Shown: one piece after another, positions 27,901 through 42,700 of the stretch
How the letters are laid out: each line of letters starts with the position of its first letter
Position numbering within the stretch: position 1 is the stretch's first letter
Source: Bugula neritina
Lineage: Eukaryota; Animalia; Bryozoa
NCBI GenBank assembly: GCA_964035545.1
Contig: OZ037765.1
Location: forward strand, 18,476,995 to 18,540,994
DNA length: 64,000 bases
Reading direction: 5' to 3'
Notes under the pieces: model-generated
Seen by the model: the letters and a program-made list of their open reading frames with translations, nothing else
What the model was told of the DNA's origin: nothing
The model's database searches: none
Position numbers and translations under genes: made by a program

Positions 27901-30900
27901 ACAATAAGCAAAAGTATGAATTATAAAGGTTCAGAACATTTTTTGTTATCAATTTCTGAGCAGCCTGAAATCTGAGTAAGAATATCGATTCTACTGCACA
28001 TCATAGTCTCTGTCTATAGCCCAACTAGCATCAAATATATAGGCTACCTTGTATGTAATAAACTGTATTATGGTCACACAATAGTCAGCACATTTGCTAG
28101 CAGTAGACATGTTTCCGTTCAGTAATCATCTTTGACATAAGACTTGGTAAAGCAAATTTTTTTGCCAATATAAGTAGTATCAGTAATCTTTAGCCATACA
28201 AAAGCAGTATTTTTTAATTTTAGCTTCTTTTCTATCACCAATACAGTCATAATTAAAAATGTATTTAGTGTATTTTCCAGAACAGCAAATTGTATTGACT
28301 TCAACTTGTGACAAACAACTCCTTATTTTTTAAACTAGATGCAGTATCAGTCCAAAATATTGCATAGAATTAATATGCTGATATTAGTTTATTTCTTGAG
28401 TTTTTTAATTATTATTTCAAGAAAAACTGCATTTCACATTTTGCTTATAGTTTAAATAATTCAATTAATCCATGCAGTATTTTTAGATCTGCTCAGCTTT
28501 ACATAACTTTCATTCCCATTTGAAAAATTTTTGATTGATTTTTCAAATGCCTATCGGTAACAAATAAGTAACATAGCCTCCCTTATACATTAACTTTATC
28601 ATAAAATATTTCAATGAGCATAGACTATAAACATGTTGCATTGTTTCATGATGAATAATAAATTGCACTTTTATGTTCTTTCCTTTATGAAATGTTAGAC
28701 GATAAAGTTTTACAACATAGACACTGCACTAACAAGTAGTGCCATGTCTAGAGGTAGAGTTTTTCTATTTATTTGGTGAAATAAATAAATGCTTAATATC
28801 ATGGGTGTCATTTGTAAATAATTTAACATTCAAACAATTTCTATTGCCCATATACGTCAACAGGCCTTACTCTCAACCCTACCAAGTCAACTATTAGTTT
28901 CCATTATATAATGTTACCTATTATACTATTTATTACCAAAAGCACATTACTTGATTTTTAGTTGAAGCCATAAAGTGCATTGGAAGTGTACTTTATAACT
29001 TCAGTTAATGCTATTCAATGCATCCAGCTTTATATAAACCAGCAGTTTTCAACTGTGGTATGTAATAAATATTCTTTTATCTGTAGTTTTAAGCATTGCT
29101 GTTCTTCTTATGAGATCTGAGATTTTATTAAAAATGGATACTGGTGAGGCTATTCTGAGAGTTGGAAAAAAAGAGTTGCAATAAATTGAGACTGGCAAGA
29201 GTTCACATCATTCTAGATATCAAAGGGTTTAGAACTATGTCACTCTTCCATATTGAGTTTTTTGCAGAGAAAAATCTGCGTATATTTTTTTCTTTAATTT
29301 CTCTATAATAGCTAATTTTAAGCAATTGCAAAAACAACCCAAAAATGGCTCAATTTTAAGAAATGTGGTTTAGGCTTAGACAATATCTCTGGCTCTTTGA
29401 AGTTCATTATTTAATGGTTCAAACTTGATAAACCGGAATGTTACAGTAGTTACCATGATCAAGAGTTGGCCACTGTGTTTAAAGCCTTGAAAAGTGTATA
29501 GATAGCTTCTACCACGTTTGCATGCTATTGTTAGACATTTTGAATGCCCGATTGTAGCTTAGTCATTGTGTACAATTTTGACAGTGTCTGAGAGTACTTC
29601 CAATGAATATTTGCTTTTCAACATGAGAAGCAGAGATTTTATTTTTAATTATGCAATGCCAGAACAATGAAAGTAACAATATGAACTAACATATTATACT
29701 TGTAGCCTCTATAGAAGTTGGCCACATTAGTTCTACCAAATATTTTCTTACTGGAAGAAAACACAACTTTTTTAAAATTGAAAACTAAAAAGAATTGGAG
29801 CCAGAGTCCTACAGTAATTTAACATCTGTATTGAATTCTAGTTAGTAAAGCAAAACCAGTTTTAGAAGACTAAATTTGCCATGAGGTGCTGACGTAATAA
29901 GTGTCATCATGAGCAATTGAGGAAGATGCAAAAGCTTATTTATCATTCACTGTATAGAAAGAAAAAGGTGGTCTAAAATGATTTTAAACAAATTTTTAGG
30001 CTATATGCTATTTTAGCAAGTTTAAGATTTTCCCAGACTTTCTGGTTTTTAAAACCAATGTAAGCAAACCCACAGCCAACCCTAGAAAAAATATTTTGCT
30101 TGGCCTTACTATTTGATGCAAATATAAAGTGGCTGTTCCATTCGAACATGACAACTATTGGCCATTTTTAATGTGTCCAGGCAGATGTTCTCAAAGTCAG
30201 CGATTGGGTAGAGTTTATGACACCTCATTGGACATTTATATTCGATAAGATGATGCTGTCCCAATAAAAGGAGACAGGGAGACAAACATCTCCTGTCCAA
30301 TAAGAGCCAGGCATAACTTTTTGAATCAAGCAGTGTTTGATCCTCGATGTACTGCAATGTCGTAGGTCAACTCGGCCATTTTTAAAAATGGCTGACATAA
30401 GCTGTTTCGGTCCACTTTACGGCAAAGTGTATCTGGGCTGTAACTGAAAAGTACACTTTTCATCTCAATTCTCCCTAAACTAGCAGCCTAAATCCGATAT
30501 ACTATATAGCAACTCGGTATTTTACTGATGCTGGAGTACAGTATTTGCGTATATGAATAAATCACAGTCTATTTACTCTTTTTGTGAATAGTTCAAATAA
30601 CTAAACTTAGTAAGGATTAGTTTAGTTATTTAAAAGTTTTAGAGTAGATAAAGCTGTTTTACTAAAGCTTACATCTTGCAGTGATTTAATTAGTAGATAC
30701 TCTGTAAATACCCAAAATAAAACTTTAACTGTTACTATAAGTATATATATGTGATAGTAATACTAATGCTGACTGTTGAGTTTAACTGTTCTCCCTCCCC
30801 AAGACAAAAGAAATCAATGTTGGTAACTTAAAATTGCACCATCAACAAATTGACTTGATAGTGCCTAGTTAATCAATATTATAATACAAATTATAATACA

Positions 30901-33540
30901 AAGCACACGTGATCATATATATAATTAAATTTTTCTAAATGGACTACTAGCCTAAAGATAAACTTACAGGATTTTAAATTGTTTGATTTTTATGTCTAAA
31001 TGGGTTGAGGCCAGAAATAGTACTAGTTTAGAACCATCCATGCATACATAATTTATGGATAACCACAAATATTGTAAAATTCTGTAACTTTAATTAGTGT
31101 TATACTGACTAGATGAGAATCACATTGATATAATTATGAAATAAAAGTAAAAAAAATCTATTGGTACATTATAGCCTTAAATAAGTATAACCAACATTCA
31201 CTAAGTGACAGTATCAGTATGACTGTAATATCATTACAATATTCATAATGAAAATGAAAAACATATTAGTACTTTAGCTACATACTCTATCCCTCCATGC
31301 ATCAAGTATCAAGAAACAAAATAAAGCAGATTTACTGCGTAGCTGTAACCTGGCAAAACACCCTCCGAATAGTTTAGCATAAGCTTATAATCATGTTTGC
31401 ATTGCTCACAAAAGAAAGATCTTATAATGCAGATAGATAACAATGGAGACAATGAAAGCTGAATAAATTGTTAGATGTGTGTTACATAATGCCTTCTTTG
31501 TTTAGTAAAGCCTTAGAGACAGCCTATGAATATATTGACAACACAATATAGACACTGAACAATACAGCGCACAATGAGGCAAGACTACAATAAGCTGCCA
31601 GCATACAGGGATCATGGCTGCTATATTATACTACTGTACTAAGATGTATTGGCCAAGTTATGTAATCGTTCTCAAAATTGCAGACACTATTGTTCATTCA
31701 ACTGGTATGCTTATAGGTTTTGTTAGAAGTAATATCCCGCACTACACTAAGTTCTAATTATACGTTACAATTGGTTAAACACCCCAGATGATTCTACACT
31801 ACAGTAGGTGGAAAATCGGCTGACTGCATGCATCAGTTGCATAATAGTTTATCTCATGCATTGTTAATAACAGTGATTGTTGCAGAGTTTTAATTGCATG
31901 CATTATTATTTAGAAATCCATAGGCCAATAATCTAACCTACGTATAATACAATAAAAGCCAAGAAGAAAAGCCTTGTTACCATTAGCATAACCTCCGGGT
32001 GTGCGTATCATACGTATAATTTATATGCATGCGTTGTTCGATTATATAACAATAAGCAGGAATGCAGAAAGTATAACCCACTGCTGTATAAGTTGAGGTA
32101 ATTGTATATTATAAACCACAAATTACTAGTTATGCTCTGATGGAACATAATAGCAGTACGCCTGAGAACGAATTTGAGATGGGAAGCATTTTTCGTATCT
32201 GATAGTAGGCTGAGTAATCAGCCTCTGTATTATAATACAACAATTTACTCATTCCTATAAACTCTAATATCTTTTGTTAGCATATCCAGATGTGTTGAAA
32301 CTAAACCGACTATTACTTACCAGCATGTCATAGTTATTACACATAATAAAGAAACACTTTGTTAATTCTAGCAGCTGTATTTGCTCAAAGTTGGCAATAG
32401 TTGCAAGGAAAAGACATCAAATAATAAAACAATGCCACCATACTTGGTGGTGGTAGTCCAGGACAAACTAGAACAAAGTTTCTACATTACAGGCAGGCAG
32501 TAATGAGAGCATATTTTTGATTTGATATCAAATGACATGCTTGTATTATTATGGAACAAGCCACTGCCATCAATAATCTTTACTAACTTACTTACTATCA
32601 TTGTTAGATTTGGTCTACAGATATTATACAAGAGTATACTTATACATTATATACCATTAGACTAACCTTTTGTCATCGGTGACAGCTGTACTGCACTGCA
32701 AGCATGTATTGTGCTAAGTACTTGATGCTCACCACCTCATATTTCACTGATAACAAGAAGTCTATTGTTATGCTGCCTTATCTATACCTCATTAATAACG
32801 CAATCATCAGCAAGTTACTTCTCATCAAGGAAAACAAACATAGTGCAGAAGATAGGAGCTAGCAGAGGTAAACATTGTACGCTCTAGCTTACTTTTCTCA
32901 AAGACAAAGACCAAAAATTATACAAATAAAGTTCTTAAAAGTAAGATAAGGCCTGTAGTACTGCATCTTTAGTTATCACTCTATTATTTCATAGCTCTAA
33001 AAAGAGTGAACAAAGTCCAAAGAGCTAAATTTACCCTTACTCTGTGATCAAAATTCGTAGTTATATTAGGATTTGTAGCATAAATAATGCTGTTACCTTA
33101 TTTCAGCTTAGAGAATTTTGTTATACTTTACATTGTAGTAAATACATTGATGTCTATTATGGGCTCTGATATAAGCATCTGGATAGCTGAAGAAGGATCA
33201 ATCGTTGGCAGGTTGAGGACAAAAGAGTTACTATTAACTCCTTCTATTGTAGAATAGAATATAACATTAGTATAGAGAAAAGATGCTAGAGTTCCTTTAG
33301 TTGGCAATGCAAGTACAGGTGTTAAGTCTTTGTTAGTTCAAAGGAGCCAACATTGTACACAAAATTCACAGTAGAGTAAGGAGATTGCATGCTTCAGATT
33401 AGTATTATATTATAATATTATTGTTGCTGTAGCAAGGTAAGGAGTAAAATATACTTAGGTATTCACGTTTTCAAATGCTTTACTCTTCATGTTTGCATCT
33501 ATTAGAAAATATCAATTAGAAAGCACTTACTAGGAACACA

Positions 33541-33875
33541 AATCACCAATAGACAACTCGAAAAAAAAGCATTTAGGAAATGCACAATTGGAAAATAGAT
33601 GTTTAGAAAAAGACATTTAGAAAATGAAGAATCTTTAACATGGCCTAGTCCGGAGAGGGCTTTCAGCATCTGTTTGAGTCTAAAATAGCTTTCAAAAATA
33701 AATGTAAAGTAAAATAAGCAAAATGAGTTACCAGCTAGTTCTAATTTAATATTACCCACACTTACAATAAGCTATTTTGAACCCGCCCAGATGCTGAACA
33801 CCCCTTCCAGACTAGGCTATGTTGAAGATTCTTCATTTGCTAAATGTCTATTTTCAAGTTGTCTGTTGGTGAATT
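33541..33875. repeat. Long imperfect inverted repeat (foldback/MITE-like)
   Basis: Arm ~33541-33692 is the reverse complement of ~33769-33875 (e.g. gacatttagaaaatgaagaatctttaacatggcctagtc vs gactaggctatgttgaagattcttcatttgctaaatgtc). Confidence 0.75.
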
Positions 33876-33958
33876 GTCCGCCTGTCTTCCAAATATGTGT
33901 TTTCTAACTGTCATTTTCAAAATTTCATGTCACCGTTTGTCTAAATAATTCAAATTTG

Positions 33959-34118
33959 GAGGTAGGTGCAATAACGGAGAAATTGAGAAAAGCCTGTGTT
34001 CTAAATTAGAAATGTAGCAAAGAAAGTTACGTTCTCGCAAGAATTTCAACCCATACCCCAAACCAAAAGTTATAAAAAATTTTAATGAACTTAGGCTATC
34101 TCCATTTCTCCACTACTA
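33959..34118. mobile_element. MITE-like element, family A, copy 2
   Basis: Same TIRs and internal sequence as 7650-7794. Confidence 0.75.
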
Positions 34119-35136
34119 TTTTTGAGTTTGTAGCACTAACTATTGTCCAACGAAAATCTAAAGAAATAAAATTATTAATGTACCTATAAAATATGTAAAT
34201 AAAGTTTGCTGAATGAATAAAATATGTGAATGAAATATCTAAATGAATGTGTATGATATGTGTAATGAGTGTAAAAGGATGCTTGTAATTAATTAAGCTT
34301 GAACACAATTTTTTGAACAAGAAATTTTGAATGTCATTCAGTTAAACTAGGATATTACTTAGAATGATATTGGAGTTATCTTCACTTAATACATGTTAGA
34401 TTTTTGGTTTGGCTTTAGCAAAATTATTCATGCTAAGATAATGTGTGTGGTTCAATGTGTGTGTAATGGTAGCAACTCTGAACTTTAATTTTCAGGAGGC
34501 AAATTTAAAACCTGCCCCTCCTCCGCAGAGTAAAACTATAAATTATGTTCTTGGTTTGTAAATATCTATTTCATGATAATAATGTGGAAACAAAATTACA
34601 GTAATAATAAAGATGATAATTAAACCAAAAGAATAAGAAAATAATTTCAGCAATGTTTTGAAATCTTGCTGTGTAATAGGATACTGACGACTTAAAAAGT
34701 TAATAAGCCTTCAAATATGAATTTTGTGTAGTTTCAACATCAATAATTAATAAAATTTCTCACTAAAAAAATGGTTTTTATAAATTTTTGCTGCTTCTGC
34801 CTGCTGCTGTCTTTGTCTGCTGCTGTGCTTCTTCTTAATGATGTTCCCTCAATAATGATGATAACAATTTTCTGTCTGCTGTTTTATAATCTCCTTGGCA
34901 GAGTCTCGGGCTCCAAGGTATCGGTGATAACAGGCAGATAAAACTTGTTAGGTAAGTTGCCAGTTGGCTTACAACAACAGATGGGGGCTGGTTAATGTAA
35001 ATAGGAGTTGTTGGTGATAACTTGTTGGCTCGATCATCTTTGTATGAGGATATTTGAATTATAATATATGTTACATCAATACTAATGTCGTACCACAACC
35101 CATAACCTGAAGTATAATTTCTCTGAAAGCTATAAG

Positions 35137-35251
<115 letters not shown>

Positions 35252-37186
35252 ATCTAATGCATTAGCCACATTGTTCACATGTTGACTTTGTAACATGATG
35301 TAACTATTAGACTATATCAAGGCTACATGATTTATCAAGCATATAAAATATTGCACATCATTCATACGTTAGCATGACTGCACATATATAAATTCCAACT
35401 TAGTTTATTCCTGTTTGTTTACCAGTTAATGTTTATATAAAGGGGCAAAAATCATAAATTCCAACACGTGAACATGGCAATGTAATATTACCATAATATC
35501 ACAATTACTTGCATAAAACCATATTACTAAGCATATCATAGTTGCATTATTTAAGGAGTTATGTAATCATATGTCTGGTATTCCTTAACAAGACCAATTT
35601 TCATGTAAAATTACATTTACTTCATTTAAATTTTGCATATTTCAACTTCTCTATCCAAATAATAAGTCTATTGCTTACAAATATGCATTTCTTACTTCTT
35701 CTTGAAACGTTGTAGGTACACTGTAATCTACATACCGTGATAGAGCAGATGTAATAATTTATAATTACATCAACCTGTCCCAGCAGTCATCGTATTGCAA
35801 GTCTCCAAGAAATGGGCAAACTTCAGCATTGAAAGAACCATATTTTAATGGACTGGCGGAATATTTTGAAAACACAGCTTGTGAAATACAGAAGTAAGAG
35901 TTAAACAGAAACATTCCATTTTGCAGAAAGCTCACTCTCATTGCAAATTTATCATCACCAATTCCATTACAAATGGTGTTGGCAGACTCCATAGGAGTTC
36001 CACTGTATTCACCACCCTATTCTTATTTGCATAATTAAAATGAGGTATAAGGCGGATAGCCACTTTAGATCAAAGTTGCACACAATAGAATAGTTTGTTC
36101 CAAAAGAACTCTCATGAGGCATGATTTACCTTTGGTGCCAACAAATGTGGGCAAGGCTTAAAGCTGTTCCAGTTCTAATTAATAACAATGGGATAGTTTT
36201 TGTTTTAAAATAGCTGTTTTTGAAATGTGACCTACCTTTAATAGTGATTAATTTAGTGTCAACCAGTTTTACTCCAAATTATAAACTTTACTACAATTAC
36301 TAGTATTACTGGCATATCAGTTATTATTATATTACTTTTAAAATAAATGCAGTATCTACTCTGCAAAAGATAAAATACATGGTATTTTTTTGATCTGGCA
36401 CTATGCTTTTGATTATGAACTTTTTGTTGGATTGACACCTTCCAGTTTTATTAAAATTCAAAACACCAAAGCAAGAGATACTAATTGCTAAAATACATTT
36501 AATTTTATCCAATCATTTAAAATCAACAAACTGTACTTTTTGATTTTCTGCTTCAGTTAAGAATTTATTGCTAAGATTTAAAAGTCGCTAGATTACTTTT
36601 TTTAGTTTAAAATATATTAAAAATTTATAAAAATTACATAATCGCATGACTTGACTTAGTATAGATTCAATGCATTAAATATAGTACAATAGATAATTAA
36701 TTTTACATGTGTAATAAACCTCCTGGTTCTTTTGGTTGAAACTATCGTACACACCCACACATGGACGGAAAGCACGGTATTGTCTGAAACTGGTTTGTCA
36801 TCCACTTTATCATTTATAAAAGGCCGTGCCGTTTATTTCAGGACTATTGATTAAAACTGGGTGGCGCTTATATAATTGTCTAATGCATGGCTCTTTCATT
36901 ATCGTGACTCTTCTTTTAGTTTTGAGCAGACAATTTTCTCAAGTGTTGTTTCTCTGGAAATGATAAGGGTTATCTTCTTTTTCAAAAAGCTATAAAACAC
37001 AAAGATACAGAAAATACAATTAATTACAAAATCCTATACATATAATGACCCTTCTGACTTTTAAAGTTTAAAAATCCTCTTACACACCAAAGTATAGAAA
37101 GAAACTGTGTGTTTTATCTATCATTGATTATCAGCCATGTTGTTTACTCTTGATTAGAGCTGAGGTGATATTTATGATTGTCTACA

Positions 37187-37277
37187 CTATGCTATGCCAT
37201 ACCCGCCACCCCCCCCCCCCCCCCGCAGGACCACGGCGGTGAAAGGTGACCAAGGTAACCACGCTATGCTATGCCAT
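37187..37277. other. 63-bp GC-rich insert with a C16 run, flanked by a 14-bp direct repeat
   Basis: ctatgctatgccat at 37187-37200 and 37264-37277; poly-C at 37209-37224. Confidence 0.7.
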
Positions 37278-38039
37278 GCATGACTCTCAAACCATTATAT
37301 ACTCTTTGTTTTCATTTTGAATAAACATGTAAATTTTTTAAAAGCAGCAAAAAGTAGAAACTGTTACAAAAAGCATGTGTAATAGTATATATACTTGGGA
37401 ATTTTGTGATTTATTGCAAACAATTGCTTTGTGTAACTACATTAATGACATAAGCAATTATAACGAATAGCATTATATTGGGTTCTAGCTTTAAAAAGTT
37501 CTCAATTTCTTAATACTTTTAAACATTATTTATGCAATAATTTTAGGCTGTTTAAATGTCACAGCAGTTGCATAACATAATATTATAATAAAAACATGTC
37601 TGTCAACTTAGCTAAGTATATTTAAGTATGGACATTCGTAGGTGCTTGGTGTACTTTGCCTCTTTTTAAAAAGAAGTTTTCATCAAATTTAAAGGTGGGG
37701 GCTGAACTTGGTGAAAGTGACGTAAATATTTCTGGTGCATTTGGAACACTCATCGCTACTCTATTATTCAAATTATAGCTTCTGCTTCTGCTTACTGTGA
37801 GACACCATGAGTTTAACATATTATTAAAAAATTCGAAAAACTATAAATAATTGTCAGCCTAAATATATGCTATAGGGTACTAACTACAAAAATAAAAGTG
37901 AAAATCATGGAGAAAAATATATTATACCTATGATTCAGTTGTAATAAATTTTGTGTCAGAATGTCAGAATGTAAACTACGAGACTTATTTTAACCAAACT
38001 ATAGCTGCTATTTGAACTTGATATATTAGTACCAAACAA

Positions 38040-38300
38040 TCTTTATATCTGTCCAACGTCAACCAATGAGATTACAGTGTTGCCCTGGAAGATATTAGAA
38101 TCTGAGGCTGATGAAGAAATCTTCATTCTCAACCTATTATATATTATAGGTTGAGAATGAAGATATTATATTGATGTATCAATATGCGTTTTACGTTTAG
38201 CCTTCCTTCCGCCCCGGTCTATTATAAACTTTATGTTACTATTAAATTTCAGCTAGATGTCAAGAACAGCTAATTGCAGTCGGCATGATTTAATAAGATT
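38040..38300 (+). promoter_or_regulatory. Candidate PNLDC1 promoter
   Basis: CCAAT at ~38063, GC box CCGCCCC at ~38209 and CpG enrichment, followed by an AT-rich tract and an acceptor at 39772 just before the ATG. Confidence 0.4.
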
Positions 38301-39774
38301 TAAATATTTTACACTTTTAGCTTTTACTATTACTATGTCTATTGGTATTAGTTTTGTTTCAAATATTTAATTGGCAAGTTACTGAATTTTTGATGAAAAT
38401 CTTGAGTTAATTATAGTTGTTAGTATATTAACAGATTTTGGTAGCACAGATGTTACTGATTAGAAAACTTAAACTGTAACTACAATAAGTATAACTATAA
38501 GTATAACATTAACTATAAGTATAAGTGAATAGCTTGAGTGAGTACGAGTATGAGTATCACTATAACTTATAGTTAATGTTATAACTTTAACTTATAAGAC
38601 ATAAGTCTAAGTATAACTAGTTAACTAAAACAATAACTATGACTCTAAAGTATAAGTATAACTATAAGTATAAGTATTACTATTAGTATTACTATTAGTA
38701 TAACTAACTTATAAAAATCAGATTGAGTAATATAAATAAAATAACATAAAAATTGAATATTATTTATAAATTATAATTTAAAATGTATTTTACTATTAAT
38801 AATAATAGTATTAATATAAATAATTATATTTATACTTATTCACTAATCATTGTAATAAATTTGATAGAATTATTAAAATATTTATAACAAATTTAATTTA
38901 CGATAGTTATACTTATACTTATAGTTATACTTATAGTAGTAATAGTTGTACTGATTACTATAAGTTGAACTATAAGTTATACTTACACTGTTAGTGTTAT
39001 AGTTATGCTTATACTTATAGTAATCAATAAAATAAGGTCTCGGTTTTTCATTCTGTGATTGTCATTATCACTCTGATTATGATTATTATAATTATTGTTA
39101 TTAATGTTATTATAAAATCACTCGTAATTGTCATACGTTGTAAACTCAGCCTTTAAAAATTTCAGATTTAGATTGAAACATTTAAAATCGAAATGATTAT
39201 AATTGCCATTCATGTTTTAGTTTACCTCAGGGGTTCTAAAGTCACTCTCATACTCAAAGACAAACATGAGACAAATATGAATTAGACATTTAAATCAATA
39301 TGATGGCAATGATAATTGGCTTCTTAAAATTGGCTTGAGATTTAAAAATTTACTTAACTTATAGTATATAGTGGTTTTATTGGTTGATGTTAAAACTACT
39401 GTTACACATCATAATTAGTAGTAGTAGTCAGAGTCTTGCTTCTAATGCACTCTTACCATAACGTCAACCACACTTTTGAAATTAGTTCTTACTTTTAGGA
39501 CTTACTCTAAGTCTATTTCTTTTTGAAGTAAATAATTATTAGAACTTGTTCCAGTCATGATGAATGTTATTGTTTTAAGTCTAAGTCAAATAAATTATTA
39601 GCTTGGGTTAAATTGCATCAATTTGAATTGACCTGCTAGTTGCTAGACTTAATAGGCCCATAATGTAATGGGGTAATTTTTTAAAAATATGGTTTTGCTT
39701 ACAGTAAGGATCACGTTAGGTTTGTAGGATGTTTATGATTTCAATTTGTTATCTGTTTAGTATTCCACACAGGC

Positions 39775-42700
39775 ATGGCAAGAGTGAATGTAACAAAGAA
39801 AAACTTCATCAGCATCTTACCAATGATAAAAGATTGCATAGACCAAGCTGCTTTTATATGTAAGTAACATCATTTTTTACATTTTGAATTAAGTTTGATA
39901 GCAGGTTGTTTTTTGCATGGATTTATGCATATGCTGCAAGCAGTGAGCTAGTTAATGGAATAAGGTGTAATTGACCTTACAGCTTCTCAAAAATGTTTAT
40001 ATTATGCTCTGTACAGTTATGAGCAGCAGTGGTGAAATTGAGATAGTCTAAGGTTTTTAATTTTATTATTAAATTTTGGTTTGAGGTGCGGGTTAAAATT
40101 CTTGCAAGAACATAACTTTCTTATGGTACATTTCTAATCTAGAACACAGGCTTTTCTCAGTTTCTCCATTACTGCACCTACCTCGCTGTCTATCAGATGC
40201 AGTATAACATATATAAATGCAGGGTGTACTTGTTTGCCAATAAATATGTGTAGCTAATAGCTATAGAGCTCTGAGGCACTTGTAGTAATGGTTGTAAATT
40301 CTTTTTAGCTATCGATTCTGAATTTACCGGACTCAATATCAATAATTCCACCAAATCTAGGTTTGTATTTGTTTACTATCTGTTACTAGTCACCTTCACA
40401 TGTTTCAAGTGTGGTAAAAGTTTTATTTGAAATGTGCTTACATGACTATTTTAATTTATGTTATATAGCTACTAGTAATATTTGATATGCACTTAAAAGT
40501 GACTGATCATTTTTATTTTGCAGTTTATTCGATTCTGCAGAACAAAGATATTTAAAAGCTCGACTGAATGTCCAAGCTATTGCTTTAGCACAATTTGGTA
40601 TGTATAACTCTCGTTTTCCAGCATTATTCACCTTATAAATGCAGGACACTATAAGTTTTTTGGTATTATTCAACTCAAGGTGTTGCATAAATTACGTACA
40701 GGGGCTGCTTAGTAGTGGTAACCATGGTTAAACAGCAAGTAGTTTAATAAATAATAGTAATGATAACACTATTTTTATATTATAGCAAATTTTTATTTCA
40801 CCTGCAGATTTTGTTCCTTTCAAAATTATATTCCCAGTGTATATATTAATTTGAAACTACTTCCTTCCGGAGATCAACATTTTATAAATGTTTAGTTGAT
40901 GTATTTTTATACAATGATGGTTAAATTATTCCTAACACACTTCATTAATGCAGTATTACAGTATTCATATATATTTTATTAGCTAACATATACAGACTGT
41001 TTGAGGGTTGAATGCTCAAACAAATATGTTTTATAATAAGTTTTGTATTTATACCTCAAATCTCAAGTGTCTTTTACTCGATTCTGTCTTGTTTTGCAAA
41101 TTTAAACTAACTTATTGACATCAATTTTAAGCCATAACTGATCTTTATTTTAACACATTTACCATACTAAATGTACTATTATTGCTTTTAGGGTTGACTG
41201 CCTATGTGAGTGTCGGTGCAAACAGGTCAGTTGAGAAATTGAGCGGCTCTGCAGTTGAGTAATGCAATGTAATTTGGACGCAAAAATTATGTAGTTGTTT
41301 GGATGGAGTTTTTGGCACCCATACTTGTTTTATTTGTATCTTGAATATCGAAACGGATTTTAGTGAGAATAGTGAAGTATTCCATGTTGGAAGAACTCTT
41401 GCATTCGACAAACATACGAAGCTTGATTGTAAATGTGCAGAACATGTTATATAAAGTACACATGCATGTATGTTAAACAGGCAATACGGACTTATATTTA
41501 TTACGAAAATTGATTATTCTCAGTGTTTGATATCATTGAACAATTCTGTGAATTCAGTATAGATATCCTTCGTTTCATGTGGATAAATTTGATTATATTT
41601 TTTTTCAGGTATGATGCTTATATGTACAACTTTTACTTATTTCCTGAGGTAATTGGTGGCATTGATACCAGGTTTACAATGCAGGTATTAATAAGTTTCA
41701 TTATAATATAATCTCAACTGTCACTACTTGTTAAGTTATTAGATTTCATTCTTGTGCTATAGGTTGTGCAGTGACACACCCTGAGTCTGCAGAGCACCCT
41801 TTTAAACTTCCCTGCAACTGACACAAACTCTCACAAATCTTAGTAACTTTGTCAACTATCAACATCCTGCCTGATTTTTGAAACCTTTACATGGAAACAC
41901 TTGATACAGATAGCATAAATTAAATTATCAAAGTATTACTTGTTCATGTTCATCAAACTTATGTTTGTTTAAAGTTTTTATCCAAGCTAAAAGCACTCTC
42001 TCTCTATATTTGTAACAAATTTTGTGAATTTTCATAAACTCTTAAGCAATTGTAACCAGATGCACTTCTTGACATTACCAATGGCCCTGATGGGATTCAA
42101 ACCTGTGACCATACTAGACCGGTGCTATAACTAATGAACCGCAGCTTTTCCTTTGTTTATTCATTACTGGAAATTATATCATAAAGATAAAGATTCTCTC
42201 TGTGTAGTTCTTTTTCTGCTAATGTGTATGGTATTTCCTTTTCAACACGCATTTCTAGACTATGGCTTCAAGTGATTGACAATAACTAGATGTTAGCTAC
42301 ACAACAAGTCAATTTTTGCAGCTGTTCACCTATTTGTAATTATTTGTTTTAGGCTTCCTCTGTCCAGTTTCTTACGCAATACAAATTTGATTTCAACAAG
42401 GTAAGATTGCTTATCAATAATTATCACAATAATATTATATTATAAAAATAATAATTACTATATAAGTATATATTATATGTACTATATTGATATGATAATA
42501 ATATATCATGATATTATGATACTAGTACACATTTTATAGATGATGTATGAGGGTATTTCATTTTTAAACAAATCACAAGAAAACCGCCTTAAAGACTACT
42601 TGAGAGCAAACAGCGGCGTTTCTTCTAACCTGACTGATGCTCACCAAGCTTTGCTGAGAAAGTACTGCTCAAAAATAGCGAGGTGGCTCATACATGCTAA

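Noticed and set aside
30109-30357. Cys/His-containing ORF as a zinc finger or TE protein
   Set aside because: No valid ligand spacing or recognisable motif, and no splice support.
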